Positions 10,286 to 20,931 of a DNA stretch of 64,000 nt are shown here, in pieces (the first letter of the stretch is position 1; every line of letters starts with the position of its first letter). A program made the position numbers and the translations under genes. Source of the stretch: Comamonadaceae bacterium (GTDB taxonomy: Bacteria > Pseudomonadota > Gammaproteobacteria > Burkholderiales > Burkholderiaceae_C); contig CANBWY010000003.1 in NCBI GenBank assembly GCA_947373245.1, positions 1,093 through 65,092 on the forward strand. The letters run 5' to 3'. The notes below the pieces were generated by a model. That model ran no database searches. It had not been told where the DNA came from and saw nothing but the letters and a program-made list of their open reading frames with translations.

Positions 10286-12505
10286 TTAAACCGTGCCGGC
10301 TTTTACTTTCAAACGCCATGCGTGCAACAACGGCTCGGTGTAGCCACTGGGCTGCTCTTTGCCTTTGAACACCAAGTCGAGCGCGGCTTGATACGCTGGT
10401 GCTTTGGCAAAACGGCCTGCCATTTTTTGGTACACAGGGTCACCCGCGTTTTGCTTGTCCACCACCGAAGCCATGCGTTTGAACGTGGCTTTCACCTCAG
10501 CAGGTGTCACCACGCCGTGGTGCAACCAGTTGGCGATGTGTTGGCTAGAAATACGCAGCGTGGCACGGTCTTCCATCAGACCAATGTTGTGGATGTCTGG
10601 CACTTTCGAGCAACCGACGCCTTGGTCCACCCAGCGCACCACGTAGCCCAAGATGCCTTGCACGTTGTTGTCCAACTCTTGCTGGCGCTCGGCGTCTTTC
10701 CACTTGGCCTTGGCGACCACGGGCACTTGCAACAAGTCGTTCAAGAGGCTGTCGCGCACTTTGTTGTAGTCAATCTTCTCCAACTCTTTTTGCACGTCGG
10801 TGACTTTGACTTGGTGGTAATGCAGGGCGTGCAACACAGCGGCTGTGGGGCTTGGTACCCATGCGGTGTTGGCACCGGCTTTGGGGTGCGCAATTTTTTG
10901 CTTCAACATCTCGGCCATCAAATCGGGCATGGCCCACATGCCTTTGCCGATTTGTGCCTTGCCGCGCAAGCCGCATGACAAACCTGCTAACACGTTGTTC
11001 TTTTCGTAGGCTTGAATCCACGCGCTGGTCTTCATGTCGCCTTTGCGCAGCATGGGGCCGGCTTGCATGGCGGTGTGCATTTCGTCGCCCGTGCGGTCCA
11101 AGAAGCCAGTGTTGATGAACGCCACGCGGCTGGCCGCTGCGGCGATACAGGCCTTCAAGTTCACGCTGGTGCGGCGCTCTTCGTCCATGATGCCCAGCTT
11201 GACGGTGCTGTCGGCCAAGCCTAAAACTTGTTCAACGCGACCAAACAACTCACCTGCAAATGCCACTTCGGCGGGGCCATGCATTTTGGGTTTGACGATG
11301 TAGACCGAGCCCGTGCGTGAGTTGCGAATGCCTTTTTTGCCGTGGCCTTGCAAGTCGTGCAAAGCGATGGTCGTGGTGACGACCGCATCCAAGATGCCTT
11401 CTGGAATTTCGTGTGTCGCACCGTCTTTGCCGGTGTACAAAATGGCGGGGTTGGTCATCAAGTGACCCACGTTACGCAAGAATAGCAATGAGCGGCCATG
11501 CAGCTTGACGGGTTGGCCGTCTTTGCCTGTGTATTCACGGTCAGCGTTCAAGCCACGTGTGAACGTCTTGCCTGCCTTTTCAACGCTCTCAGTCAAGGTG
11601 CCTTTGACGATGCCCAACCAGTTGCTGTAGGCCAACACTTTGTCGTCGGCATCGACCACGGCCACCGAGTCTTCCAAGTCAAGAATGGTCGACAAAGCGG
11701 CTTCCACAATCAGGTCACTCACGCCAGCGGCGTCAGACGCGCCGATGGCGGTGTTGCGGTTGATTTGCAGGTCCAAATGCAAACCGTTGTGTTGCAGCAG
11801 TACCGACGAAGGTGCATCTGCCTTGCCTTGGAAGCCGATGAATTGCGCAGCTTTGGCCAGCTGGGTGGTTTTGCCATTTTTCAAGGCAACGACCAAGGCA
11901 CCGTCGACCACGGTGTAGCCGGTCGAGTCAATGTGCGAGCCACTCTTCAAGGGGGCTGTGCGGTCCAACACATAACGTGCGTATTCAATCACTTTGGCGC
12001 CGCGCACAGGGTTGTAGGCCTTGCCTTTTTCTGCGCCGTTGGTTTCGGGCAATGCGTCTGTGCCATACAGCGCGTCATACAAAGAGCCCCAACGTGCGTT
12101 GGCTGCATTCAATGCGTAGCGTGCGTTGAGCACCGGCACCACCAACTGTGGGCCTGCTTGCAACGCCAACTCAGCGTCCACGTTTTTGGTGGTGGCTTTG
12201 ACTTTGTCGGGCTGTGGCACGAGGTAGCCAATTTTTTCCAAGAACTTGCGGTATGCCTTCATGTTCTTGATCGGACCGGGGTTTTGCTTGTGCCAAGCGT
12301 CCATGTCCAACTGCAAGCGGTCACGCTCGGCCAACAACGCGATGTTCTTAGGTGCCAAGTCTTGAACGATGGCGTCAAAGCCTGTCCAAAACGTGCCGCT
12401 GCTCACACCCGTGTCGGGCAACACTTTGGTTTCGATGAATTTGTACAAGTTGGTGGCAACTTGCAGGCTATGAACGTGCGTGCGCTTCGTGGTGTCTTGG
12501 CTCAT
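10286..12505 (-). CDS. glcB: Malate synthase G
   Basis: 739 aa; [64 protein letters not shown]. Confidence 0.97.
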   Translation of the reverse strand: MSQDTTKRTHVHSLQVATNLYKFIETKVLPDTGVSSGTFWTGFDAIVQDLAPKNIALLAERDRLQLDMDAWHKQNPGPIKNMKAYRKFLEKIGYLVPQPDKVKATTKNVDAELALQAGPQLVVPVLNARYALNAANARWGSLYDALYGTDALPETNGAEKGKAYNPVRGAKVIEYARYVLDRTAPLKSGSHIDSTGYTVVDGALVVALKNGKTTQLAKAAQFIGFQGKADAPSSVLLQHNGLHLDLQINRNTAIGASDAAGVSDLIVEAALSTILDLEDSVAVVDADDKVLAYSNWLGIVKGTLTESVEKAGKTFTRGLNADREYTGKDGQPVKLHGRSLLFLRNVGHLMTNPAILYTGKDGATHEIPEGILDAVVTTTIALHDLQGHGKKGIRNSRTGSVYIVKPKMHGPAEVAFAGELFGRVEQVLGLADSTVKLGIMDEERRTSVNLKACIAAAASRVAFINTGFLDRTGDEMHTAMQAGPMLRKGDMKTSAWIQAYEKNNVLAGLSCGLRGKAQIGKGMWAMPDLMAEMLKQKIAHPKAGANTAWVPSPTAAVLHALHYHQVKVTDVQKELEKIDYNKVRDSLLNDLLQVPVVAKAKWKDAERQQELDNNVQGILGYVVRWVDQGVGCSKVPDIHNIGLMEDRATLRISSQHIANWLHHGVVTPAEVKATFKRMASVVDKQNAGDPVYQKMAGRFAKAPAYQAALDLVFKGKEQPSGYTEPLLHAWRLKVKAGTV

Positions 12506-12561
12506 GGTGCGGTCTCTCTGGGTAGATCAAAAGTGGGAAATCAGGGCGAATCTTATTGGAT

Positions 12562-12574
12562 TGCACGGCGTGCA
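12562..12574. promoter_or_regulatory. Palindromic T-N11-A (LysR-type) box upstream of glcB
   Basis: TGCACG-G-CGTGCA about 60 nt upstream of the glcB start; a LysR gene is nearby. Confidence 0.35.
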
Positions 12575-12638
12575 TTGCATCGCCAGCTTTTGGGCTGTCG
12601 TGACAAATATGTGGGTAATGCTTGGGCGGGTGACTTTT

Positions 12639-13667
12639 CTATTTTTCAGCCACCAACAATTGGCCGTGGCGCAACGCGCGCCAAGTGCCGAGGGTTAAAC
12701 CCAAAATCAGCAGCGAGGTGATGGCCAGCAGCAAGGTGGCGGGCAGTTGCAGCCAAGCGCCGCCTGGCTCTTGCGACAAGCGCAGCGTGAGGGTGGTGAA
12801 CGCGGCCATGGGAAAGCTCATGGCCCAGTGCGACAGACCAAAGGGTTGCTCAAAAATGGTTTGAACTTGCGTCAGCGACAAGGCCAAGAAAAACACCCCA
12901 ATGCCCCAAGAGCCCCACACCAAACTCAGCGGTGCATCAAGTTGCAAAAAGCTCAAGCCAATGAGAGAGGGGGCCACCATGGTGATGAACACTGTGGGGC
13001 TCATGCGTGCGGGCAGTGGGCCTGCTTGCACCATGCGCACGATGAGCATGGTTTGCAACACCGGCCACAACAACAAGCCCACCGCAAACTGCGCGGTGGC
13101 CCAGGCTTCTAAGCCAATCGTCACGCCAGCCAAGGGTGCCAGCAGATTGCCGAGCACAGGGATAAAAAACACAGGTGTGAAGGCGGCCCATTGCAAGCCA
13201 CCTTTGTCAGCAGTGTTGAGCCAACGCGCGACGACCCACACGGTGGAGGCAATCTCTAGTACCGAGCCCAGCACCCAAGCAAAGGTCAGCACTGTGTCGA
13301 GTGTGCGTGAGGTGTTCCAAAACAAGGAGACGCCTAAGCCTGCCAGCAACATGATGGACAGCGGCAGCGTCGCCATGAATGCGTGGCGCACAGGGTGGCG
13401 CATGTCGGCGGCCACGGCTTCTGGGTGAACGCTCAGGCGCACGATGCAGGAAATGCAAAGCAGACCAAATACCAACAACGCAAAAATCGAGGCGACCAAA
13501 CCCAAACCCAGTGCCGTGTCCCCCAGCGCGTCGGTCGCACGCAACCAAGCTTGCGCCAAGCCGCACCAACCCATGACCATGGCAAACCATGCAGGCGCGA
13601 GATGCTCCAAAAGCGCGATGGCGCGCGTGATAAGGCTTGGAGAATGGGTCATATTGGTGGTGTTCAT
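12639..13667 (-). CDS. SLAC1/TDT (TehA-like) anion / dicarboxylate channel
   Basis: About 10 TM helices; PAWFAMVMG, HPVRHAF, WAMSFPMAA motifs. Confidence 0.88.
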   Translation of the reverse strand: MNTTNMTHSPSLITRAIALLEHLAPAWFAMVMGWCGLAQAWLRATDALGDTALGLGLVASIFALLVFGLLCISCIVRLSVHPEAVAADMRHPVRHAFMATLPLSIMLLAGLGVSLFWNTSRTLDTVLTFAWVLGSVLEIASTVWVVARWLNTADKGGLQWAAFTPVFFIPVLGNLLAPLAGVTIGLEAWATAQFAVGLLLWPVLQTMLIVRMVQAGPLPARMSPTVFITMVAPSLIGLSFLQLDAPLSLVWGSWGIGVFFLALSLTQVQTIFEQPFGLSHWAMSFPMAAFTTLTLRLSQEPGGAWLQLPATLLLAITSLLILGLTLGTWRALRHGQLLVAEK

Positions 13668-13720
13668 AGCGGCAGATTTTAGGGTGCAGCCTCTTGGCGT
13701 GCCCCGTGGATAATCGATAC

Positions 13721-14662
13721 ATGGACAAACTCAAAGCCTTTGAGTCTTTTGTGTCGGTGGCCTTGAAGGGCAGCTTGACCGCTGCAGCCAAAGCCGAGGG
13801 CGTGGCACCCGCCATCATGGGGCGTCGCTTGGACAGCTTGGAAGCGCACTTGGGCGTCAAGCTCTTGGTGCGCACCACGCGACGCATCACGCTCACACAC
13901 GAAGGCACGGCATTTCTCGAAGACTGTCAACGCTTGCTGGCCGATGTGGCCAACTCAGAAGCGAGCGTGAGCGCGGGCGGCTTGAAAGCCAGCGGTCATT
14001 TGCGCATCACGGCACCGGCGGGGTTTGGTCGCCGTCATGTGGCACCACTCGTGCCCATGTTTCACCGCGAGCATCCCGATGTCACCGTCTCGCTCAACCT
14101 GAGCGACCGCGTGGTCGACTTGGCCGCCGAGGGCTTTGACTGCGCTGTGCGCGTGGGCGACTTGCCCGACTCATCGTTGGTGAGTGTGCGCATGGCCGAC
14201 AACCGCCGCTTGTGCGTGGCCACTCCGGAATTTTTGAAACGCTACGGCACACCCAAAGTGCCGAGCGACTTGATGCGCTTGCGTTGCTTGACCTTGTCGA
14301 GCGACGCCTCGCAAACTCGCGGCTGGGCCTTTCGTGTGCCCGTGACAGGTCAAAGTAACGCAGGCAAAAGCCACGAGGTGATTCACCTGCGCCCCAGCGG
14401 GCCGATGGATTGCTCAGACGGCCAAGTGCTGCACGATTGGTGTTTGGCGGGCCACGGCATCGCATGGCGCAGCACGTGGGAGGTGGCGTCTGAAATCAGC
14501 AGCGGGCAATTGGTGCCTGTGCTCGAAGAGTTTGCAGCGTCGCCCAACGGTATTTACGCCGTGTTCTCGCAGCGCAAACACTTGCCTCTGCGCTTGCGTT
14601 TGTGGATTGACTTTCTCAAAGACCATTACGGCCACGCGAATTACTGGAGTGCTGAGGTATGA
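13721..14662 (+). CDS. LysR-family transcriptional regulator
   Basis: N-terminal HTH (GSLTAAAK..LGVKLLVRTTRRITLT); DLAAEGFDCAVRVG. Confidence 0.93.
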   Translation: MDKLKAFESFVSVALKGSLTAAAKAEGVAPAIMGRRLDSLEAHLGVKLLVRTTRRITLTHEGTAFLEDCQRLLADVANSEASVSAGGLKASGHLRITAPAGFGRRHVAPLVPMFHREHPDVTVSLNLSDRVVDLAAEGFDCAVRVGDLPDSSLVSVRMADNRRLCVATPEFLKRYGTPKVPSDLMRLRCLTLSSDASQTRGWAFRVPVTGQSNAGKSHEVIHLRPSGPMDCSDGQVLHDWCLAGHGIAWRSTWEVASEISSGQLVPVLEEFAASPNGIYAVFSQRKHLPLRLRLWIDFLKDHYGHANYWSAEV

Positions 14663-15495
14663 CACAGGCTGAGCTCAAGCGCGTCGTGGTGTGTGCCGAT
14701 GACTACGCCTTGAATGCGCCCGTCTCGCAAGGCATCGTCGCCTTGGCGGTGTTGGGGCGCCTCAGCGCCACCAGCGTGATGAGTCTGTCGCCTCGGTGGG
14801 CGGAAGACGCGGCCGCGCTACGCGATGTGCGTGAGCGCATGGACGTGGGCGTGCATTTGGACTGGACCAGCAGCTTTGCCATCGCCGCAGGCCACGGCAG
14901 TGACTTGGGAACGGTCATGGCCCGTTCGGTTTTGCGGCTCTACAACGCACAGAAAATTCAACATGAAATGGAGCGCCAGCTCGATGCCTTTGAGGCGCAA
15001 TGGCAAGCCGCGCCTGACCACATCGATGGCCACCAGCACATCCAACAGTTCGCCGTCTTTCGCGATGCCTTGGCCGAAGTGCTGATGCGTCGCTACGGTG
15101 CCAACGACAAGCGCCCTTGGCTGCGCATTTCGCGGGTGGCGCAACCCGGATTCAAGGCAGGTGTGATTTCTAGTTTTGGCGCGCGCGCGTTGCATCAATG
15201 GGCGCAACACCACGCATGGCCCACGGTGGGCCCGCTGCTGGGGGCCTACGGGTTTGGCGGCAGCGTAGACGACTACGCACGACAGATGCAAGGCTGGTTA
15301 GCCCACTTGCCCGCAGATACCCCCGCGCTCATCATGTGTCATCCGGCCGTGTCGGCGCAACCCGACGACGCCATTGGCACGGCGCGTAAACGCGAATTTG
15401 CTTACTTGGCGAGCCACGACTTTGTACAGCAGATGTTTGACGCCGGCGTACAGTTGGTGCGTGGCAGCGGCAAGCCCATGACAGAAATTAATTGA
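14659..15495 (+). CDS. YdjC/ChbG/HpnK-family deacetylase (NaxD/LgmC-like)
   Basis: CADDY, VGVHLD, PDHIDGHQH, MCHP motifs. Confidence 0.9.
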   Translation: MTQAELKRVVVCADDYALNAPVSQGIVALAVLGRLSATSVMSLSPRWAEDAAALRDVRERMDVGVHLDWTSSFAIAAGHGSDLGTVMARSVLRLYNAQKIQHEMERQLDAFEAQWQAAPDHIDGHQHIQQFAVFRDALAEVLMRRYGANDKRPWLRISRVAQPGFKAGVISSFGARALHQWAQHHAWPTVGPLLGAYGFGGSVDDYARQMQGWLAHLPADTPALIMCHPAVSAQPDDAIGTARKREFAYLASHDFVQQMFDAGVQLVRGSGKPMTEIN

Positions 15496-17108
15496 CACGC
15501 ATGACACCTTCCTTCTTTGCTTCTCCCCGTTGGCGCACTTGGGGCCTGCGGCTCTTGCCTGTGTTGTTGCTCGTTTTGGCAGGTGTGCGCCCACTGTCTA
15601 TACCAGACGAAGGACGCTACGCCGAAGTCGGCCGTTGGATGCTGATGAGCGGCGATTGGCTGACCCCGCGCGTGGACGGCATTCCGTTTTTCCACAAACC
15701 GCCGCTGCTGTATTGGTTGGAAGCCGCAGCCATGGCCGTGCTGGGCGCAACGCCTTGGGCCGCCCGATGTGTGGTGGCCTTGCATGCGTGTTTGATGCTG
15801 GGCCTGATGGTCGCCTGTGTGCGCCACTTCGCGGGCACAGACACCGCACGTCGTGCGGGCTGGGTGCTGGGCAGCAGCATGACATTTTTGGTCGCCGGCC
15901 AATACGTGAACACCGACATGCTGGTGGCCACCTGGATGGGCGTGGCCATTTGGTGTTTCGCCCGTGCGCTCCTGCAAGAAGGCGGTGTTCACGCCCATTG
16001 GGCGCGTGCCGGTTTTGTGGCGTGCGCTTTGGGCGTGTTGAGCAAGGGCCTGATCGGCTTGCTCTTGCCCGGCTTGGTGTTGGTGTTGTGGATCGCCTAC
16101 ACCGGGCAGTGGCGCAAAATTTTGGCGTTGCCTTGGGCGAGCGGCTTGTTGTTGTTTGTGGCGATTGCTTTGCCTTGGTTTGTCTTGGCCGCCCGCGAGC
16201 ACCCGGACATGCTGGCGTATATGTTTGGCAAACACCAGTTTGGGCGCTACACCGCCACCACGTTCAACAACGCGCGTCCTTGGTGGTTTTATGGCGTGGC
16301 TGTGTCGGTGTTGCTGTTTCCTTGGATTTTCTTTGTCGCCGCCGACGGTGTGCAGCGTTTGCGCCAACGTTTGAAAAAACAAATCTCAGATGACAACGCG
16401 GCGTGGGTGTCTTTGTGTTGGATTTGGGTGCTGGCCATTTTGGGTTTCTTCTCTATCCCCAACTCCAAGCTCATCGGCTACGCCTTGCCCGTCATGCCGC
16501 CCTTGGCCGTGCTGGTTGCGTTGTGGTGGCAGCGCTACCTTGCACCGCGTGCGTGGGGCGCAGGGTTGTTTGGTGTGCTCGCTTTGGTGGGTGTGGGCGT
16601 GGCCACGCTGGCCAACCACTACGCAGGCGTGTTCACCCTAGAGCGCAGCACGCGCGGAGTGGCACACGCGGTGGTGTGCCAAGTGGGCCCTGACGATGTG
16701 TTGGCCGTGGTGGACGACTACCCATATGACGTGATGTTCTACGCCCAACGCACGCACCCCATGGAGGTCATTCAAGACTGGGCGCGCGAAGAACGAGAGG
16801 CGGGCGACGATTGGCGCCGTGAGCTGATGGACGGCGTGGATTTTGACAAACCCACGGGTGCTGTGTTGCAGCCCATGTCTCGTTTGACCGAGTTGCGCAG
16901 CAACGACCACGCTTGGGTGCTGGCGCCGCGTTGGCAAAAAGCCTTTCGCACCGACACCTATGCCGGCTTCACGCAAGCGTACCAAGATGAGGCGTGGATT
17001 TTGTATCGCGGCGTGAGCGCGCCAGACCCATCAACGCGCGCGGCGAAAAGCCCAGAAGCGGCTGAGCAAAAAGGTCTGCGCGGATGCGAAGACCAAAGCA
17101 AAAAATAA
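15492..17108 (+). CDS. ArnT/GT39-like lipid-carrier-dependent glycosyltransferase
   Basis: PDEGRYAEVGRWM..SGDWLTP, FFHKPPL.YW, LSKGLIG, SKLIGY.LP; start may be ATG 15501. Confidence 0.9.
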   Translation: MTRMTPSFFASPRWRTWGLRLLPVLLLVLAGVRPLSIPDEGRYAEVGRWMLMSGDWLTPRVDGIPFFHKPPLLYWLEAAAMAVLGATPWAARCVVALHACLMLGLMVACVRHFAGTDTARRAGWVLGSSMTFLVAGQYVNTDMLVATWMGVAIWCFARALLQEGGVHAHWARAGFVACALGVLSKGLIGLLLPGLVLVLWIAYTGQWRKILALPWASGLLLFVAIALPWFVLAAREHPDMLAYMFGKHQFGRYTATTFNNARPWWFYGVAVSVLLFPWIFFVAADGVQRLRQRLKKQISDDNAAWVSLCWIWVLAILGFFSIPNSKLIGYALPVMPPLAVLVALWWQRYLAPRAWGAGLFGVLALVGVGVATLANHYAGVFTLERSTRGVAHAVVCQVGPDDVLAVVDDYPYDVMFYAQRTHPMEVIQDWAREEREAGDDWRRELMDGVDFDKPTGAVLQPMSRLTELRSNDHAWVLAPRWQKAFRTDTYAGFTQAYQDEAWILYRGVSAPDPSTRAAKSPEAAEQKGLRGCEDQSKK

Positions 17109-17402
17109 CGCCAGCCAATCGGGCAAGTTCAGCCCGCGCAGCAGCGCCACAAACATCAGCTCGTTGGCGGCAAAGCCCGCCAGCGCCGTGGCGGCAAAGC
17201 GGCGCAGGCTTTGCCAAAAACGGGTGTCTGCATCGCTGAAGCTTAAAAAACGGTGGCCTGTAAAGCTCACCATGAAGGCCACGCCAAAGCCCGCCGCATT
17301 CGCCACCTCAGGCCACATGAAGGGTGACGCCAACATGAACACCGCAATGTGCACCACCGCAGCGCTCGCACCCACCACCAAAAACCAAACACCTGTGCGC
17401 AT
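17031..17402 (-). CDS. GtrA-family flippase
   Basis: 123 aa with four TM helices; FLVVG..., ANAAGF, RFWAF. Confidence 0.85.
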   Translation of the reverse strand: MRTGVWFLVVGASAAVVHIAVFMLASPFMWPEVANAAGFGVAFMVSFTGHRFLSFSDADTRFWQSLRRFAATALAGFAANELMFVALLRGLNLPDWLALFFALVFASAQTFLLSRFWAFRRAR

Positions 17403-17405
17403 GGT

Positions 17406-18446
17406 TTAGATGGGGTGTGGTGGATCGTTGTCGATCACCTCGGGTGCCACTTGCTTGACGGGGGCCAGACCCAAGCCCGCGCCCCAGCGCTGGCTCACCA
17501 AATACATGGGGCGTTGTTTCACCTCTTCGTAGATGCGGCCCACGTACTCGGCCAATACACCGATGGACAGCAGCTGAATACCGCTGAAAAACATCATGCC
17601 CACCACCAGCGTGGCGTAGCCCGGCACATTGATGCCGAGCATGAAATATTCGCCCACCACCCACGCGCCGTAGCCCAAGGCCACCGTCGCCAGCATCAAG
17701 CCCAAAAAGGTCAAAGCGCGCAGCGGTGCAATGGAGAACGCCAAAACCCCCGTCAGTGCCAGCGCAAATGAGCCGCGCAAGCCAAAGCTGCTTTCGCCTG
17801 CGGCGCGGGGCAACGGCTCGTAGTCAATCGCGGTGCTGGCAAAACCCACCCAGGCGTACAAGCCCTTCATGAAGCGGTTGCGCTCGGGCAGTTGCTTCAA
17901 GGCCTCCACCACGCGGCGGTCCATCAGACGGAAGTCGCCCGCGTGCGCGGGAATTTTCACGCGGTTGCCCGCGTTGATGAGCTTGTAAAACATGCCCGTC
18001 AAACTCGCGTGCAAGGCCGATTGGTCATCACGCGTGCGGCGAATCGCGTAGACCACGTCCGAGCCCTCGCGCCAGCGCTTGAGCATGTCTGCCACCAGCG
18101 ACACAGGGTGCTGGCCGTCCGAGTCCATCAGCACGACCACCTCGCCACGTGCGGCGTCAATGCCCGCCGTCAGTGCCGCTTCTTTGCCAAAGTTGCGTGA
18201 CAAGTTGATGCCCACCACCTCGCGGTGGCTCGCGCACAAGGCTTGAATGACTTGCGCCGTGTCGTCACGGCTGCCATCGTTGATGAGCACGATCTCCACC
18301 TGTGAGCCTAGTGCCTGCAAGGCTTGCAGTACTTGCGGCACCAACGTGCCTAGGTTCTTGCCCTCGTTGTAGGCGGGCATGACGCACGACACGGTGGGGG
18401 TGTATTGAAAACGGTCGGAGGGGGTGAGGTCGTGGGGGGCGCGCAT
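17406..18446 (-). CDS. GT2 polyprenol-phosphate glycosyltransferase (GtrB/ArnC-like)
   Basis: MPAYNEG, INDGSRD, LSRNFGKEAAL, MDSDGQHP, GDFRLMDR, EYVGRIYEEVKQRP; start uncertain (18446-18479). Confidence 0.9.
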   Translation of the reverse strand: MRAPHDLTPSDRFQYTPTVSCVMPAYNEGKNLGTLVPQVLQALQALGSQVEIVLINDGSRDDTAQVIQALCASHREVVGINLSRNFGKEAALTAGIDAARGEVVVLMDSDGQHPVSLVADMLKRWREGSDVVYAIRRTRDDQSALHASLTGMFYKLINAGNRVKIPAHAGDFRLMDRRVVEALKQLPERNRFMKGLYAWVGFASTAIDYEPLPRAAGESSFGLRGSFALALTGVLAFSIAPLRALTFLGLMLATVALGYGAWVVGEYFMLGINVPGYATLVVGMMFFSGIQLLSIGVLAEYVGRIYEEVKQRPMYLVSQRWGAGLGLAPVKQVAPEVIDNDPPHPI

Positions 18447-18515
18447 ATAGGGGTAGATCATGCCAAAAAATATGACCATCCCTTAAATTGCAGGCCCGCC
18501 CCGTAAAATCTAGCC

Positions 18516-20225
18516 ATGCTCCAAGTTAAACAAGAATTGCTGGCCGCCCTGAGCCAAGCCCTCGACGGTTTGTTGCCCGGTTCTGGCAACAAGGCCGCCT
18601 TTGAATCGCCCAAGGTCGCCGCACATGGCGACTACGCCATCACCGCAGCCATGCAGTTGGCCAAACCCCTCAAGCTCAACCCCCGTCAACTCGGCGAGCA
18701 ACTGCGCGACGCCCTGTTGGCGGCGCCCGTGTACCAACAGTGGGTGCAAGACATCGAGATTGCTGGCCCTGGCTTCATCAACATCCGCTTGAAGCCTGCC
18801 GCCAAACAACAAATCGTGCGTGAGGTGTTGGCTGCTAAAGATTGTTTTGGTTTCCAAGCCGACAACGGCCAACGCGTGTTGGTCGAGTTTGTGTCTGCCA
18901 ACCCCACCGGCCCGCTGCATGTGGGCCACGGCCGCCAAGCGGCGCTGGGTGACGCGATTTGCAATTTGTTTGCCACGCAAGGTTTCAACGTCTACCGTGA
19001 GTTTTATTACAACGATGCGGGCGTGCAAATCAACACCTTGGCCAAGAGCACGCACTTCCGCGCCCAAGGCATCAAGCCCGGCGACGCCAGCTGGCCGGTG
19101 GACCCCGAGAACCCAGAGAGCAAAGCGTTTTACAACGGCGACTACATCCAAGACATTGCCACCGACTTTTTGGCCGGCAAAACCGTCAAGTCCGACGACC
19201 GCGAATTCACCGCCAGCGGTGATGTGAACGATGTCGATGGCATGCGCGAATTCGCCGTGGCCTACTTGCGCCACGAGCAAGACCTTGACTTGAAAGCCTT
19301 TGATGTCAAGTTCGACAACTATTACTTGGAAAGCAGCCTCTACACCAGCGGCAAAGTGGCCGACGCCGTGAGCCGCTTGCAAGCCGCGGGTAAAACCTAC
19401 GAGCAAGACGGCGCCTTGTGGCTCAAGTCCACCGACTACGGCGACGACAAAGACCGTGTGATGAAAAAGACAGACGGCACCTACACCTACTTCGTGCCGG
19501 ACGTGGCGTACCACATCACCAAGTGGGAGCGTGGCTTCACCAAGGTGGTGAACATCCAAGGCACCGACCACCACGGCACCATCGCGCGCGTGCGCGCTGG
19601 CTTGCAAGCTGCGAATGTGGGCATCCCCGAGGGCTATCCCGACTACGTGTTGCACACCATGGTGCGCGTGATGCGCGGTGGTGAGGAAGTGAAGATTTCC
19701 AAACGCGCTGGCAGCTACGTGACCCTGCGCGATCTGATTGAATGGACCAGTAAAGACGCGGTGCGTTTCTTTTTGCTCTCTCGCAAGCCCGACACCGAGT
19801 ACACCTTCGACGTGGACTTGGCGGTGCAAAAGAACAACGACAACCCCGTGTACTACGTGCAATATGCACACGCCCGCATTTGCTCGGTATTGCGCGCATG
19901 GGCTGACAAAGACGGTGGCCATGTGGCGATGTTGAAAGACGTGGATTTGTCTGCGTTGGAAAGCCCACAAGCCCAAGCTTTGATGCTGCAACTGGCCAAG
20001 TACCCCGCCATGCTCAGCGCCGCATCGGTTGACTTTGCGCCACACGACGTGACGTTCTACTTGCGCGACCTCGCGGCCAGCTACCACAGCTACTACGACG
20101 CTGAGCGCATCTTGGTAGACGATGAAGCGGTGAAGAAAGCACGCTTGGCGCTGGTGGCTGCCACCGCACAGGTGCTGCACAATGGCTTGGCGGTGTTGGG
20201 TGTGTCTGCCCCCGCCAGCATGTGA
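18516..20225 (+). CDS. argS: Arginine--tRNA ligase
   Basis: [18 protein letters not shown] (HIGH-like), [19 protein letters not shown]. Confidence 0.97.
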   Translation: MLQVKQELLAALSQALDGLLPGSGNKAAFESPKVAAHGDYAITAAMQLAKPLKLNPRQLGEQLRDALLAAPVYQQWVQDIEIAGPGFINIRLKPAAKQQIVREVLAAKDCFGFQADNGQRVLVEFVSANPTGPLHVGHGRQAALGDAICNLFATQGFNVYREFYYNDAGVQINTLAKSTHFRAQGIKPGDASWPVDPENPESKAFYNGDYIQDIATDFLAGKTVKSDDREFTASGDVNDVDGMREFAVAYLRHEQDLDLKAFDVKFDNYYLESSLYTSGKVADAVSRLQAAGKTYEQDGALWLKSTDYGDDKDRVMKKTDGTYTYFVPDVAYHITKWERGFTKVVNIQGTDHHGTIARVRAGLQAANVGIPEGYPDYVLHTMVRVMRGGEEVKISKRAGSYVTLRDLIEWTSKDAVRFFLLSRKPDTEYTFDVDLAVQKNNDNPVYYVQYAHARICSVLRAWADKDGGHVAMLKDVDLSALESPQAQALMLQLAKYPAMLSAASVDFAPHDVTFYLRDLAASYHSYYDAERILVDDEAVKKARLALVAATAQVLHNGLAVLGVSAPASM

Positions 20226-20254
20226 TGAACGAAAGACCGGAGACTTTGATGCGC

Positions 20255-20911
20255 ATGAATCAGCAACGCGGTGGTACCTTGGTGGGCTTCATCTTGGGCT
20301 TGGTGGTGGGCCTTGGTGTTGCCTTGGGTGTGGCCATCTATGTGACCAAAGTGCCCATCCCGTTCATGAACAAAGGCCAGCCGCGCGCCGCGGATCAAGA
20401 CGCCGCCGAAACCGAAAAGAACAAAGACTGGGACCCGAACGCCCCGTTGTATGGCAAAAAGGGTGCGAAGTCGGGCGACAAAGCTGAGGAGTCCAAGCCA
20501 GACGCTGCTGTCAAAGTTGACCCCAAGAGCGCCGACCCTTTGGGCGATTTGGCCAAGGTGAAAGCCGCAGAGCCCAAGCCAGAGTCAAAAGCCAAACCGG
20601 AAGCCAAGCCGACTGAGCCCAAAGTGACTGAACCTAAAGCAGCCGAGGCAAAGCCTGCTGAGCCGACCAACACCGACCCCTTCATTTACTTCGTGCAAGC
20701 GGGCGCGTATCGCACGGCCGAAGAGGCTGAAGCCCAACGCGCCAAGGCCGGCATGTTAGGGCTGGAGACCAAAATCAGCGAGCGCGACCAGGGCGGACGC
20801 ACGGTCTACCGTGTGCGCGTAGGCCCGGTGGACAAGGCAGAAGCCGAACGCGTGCGCGCCAAGTTGGAAGCCGCCCACATTGATTCCGCCATGGTGCGGG
20901 TGCAACGATAA
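20255..20911 (+). CDS. SPOR-domain cell-division protein (FtsN-like)
   Basis: N-terminal TM (QRGGTLVGFILGLVVG), Lys/Glu/Pro-rich linker, C-terminal SPOR (YFVQAGAY..YRVRVGP); argS-SPOR-dsbA order. Confidence 0.88.
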   Translation: MNQQRGGTLVGFILGLVVGLGVALGVAIYVTKVPIPFMNKGQPRAADQDAAETEKNKDWDPNAPLYGKKGAKSGDKAEESKPDAAVKVDPKSADPLGDLAKVKAAEPKPESKAKPEAKPTEPKVTEPKAAEAKPAEPTNTDPFIYFVQAGAYRTAEEAEAQRAKAGMLGLETKISERDQGGRTVYRVRVGPVDKAEAERVRAKLEAAHIDSAMVRVQR

Positions 20912-20931
20912 ACACCGAGAGGGGAAACTGT

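Noticed and set aside
18510-20180. 556-aa ORF antisense to argS (likewise 24608-26023, 22064-23533, 11498-12721, 59953-61269, 3016-4203)
   Set aside because: Shadow ORFs opposite well-supported genes, expected from GC-rich codon bias; no recognisable motifs.
20560-20670. Short quasi-repeats (gagcccaa/gaagccaa) as a tandem repeat or CRISPR array
   Set aside because: They encode the K/E/P-rich linker of the SPOR protein; no constant repeat-spacer period and no cas genes.
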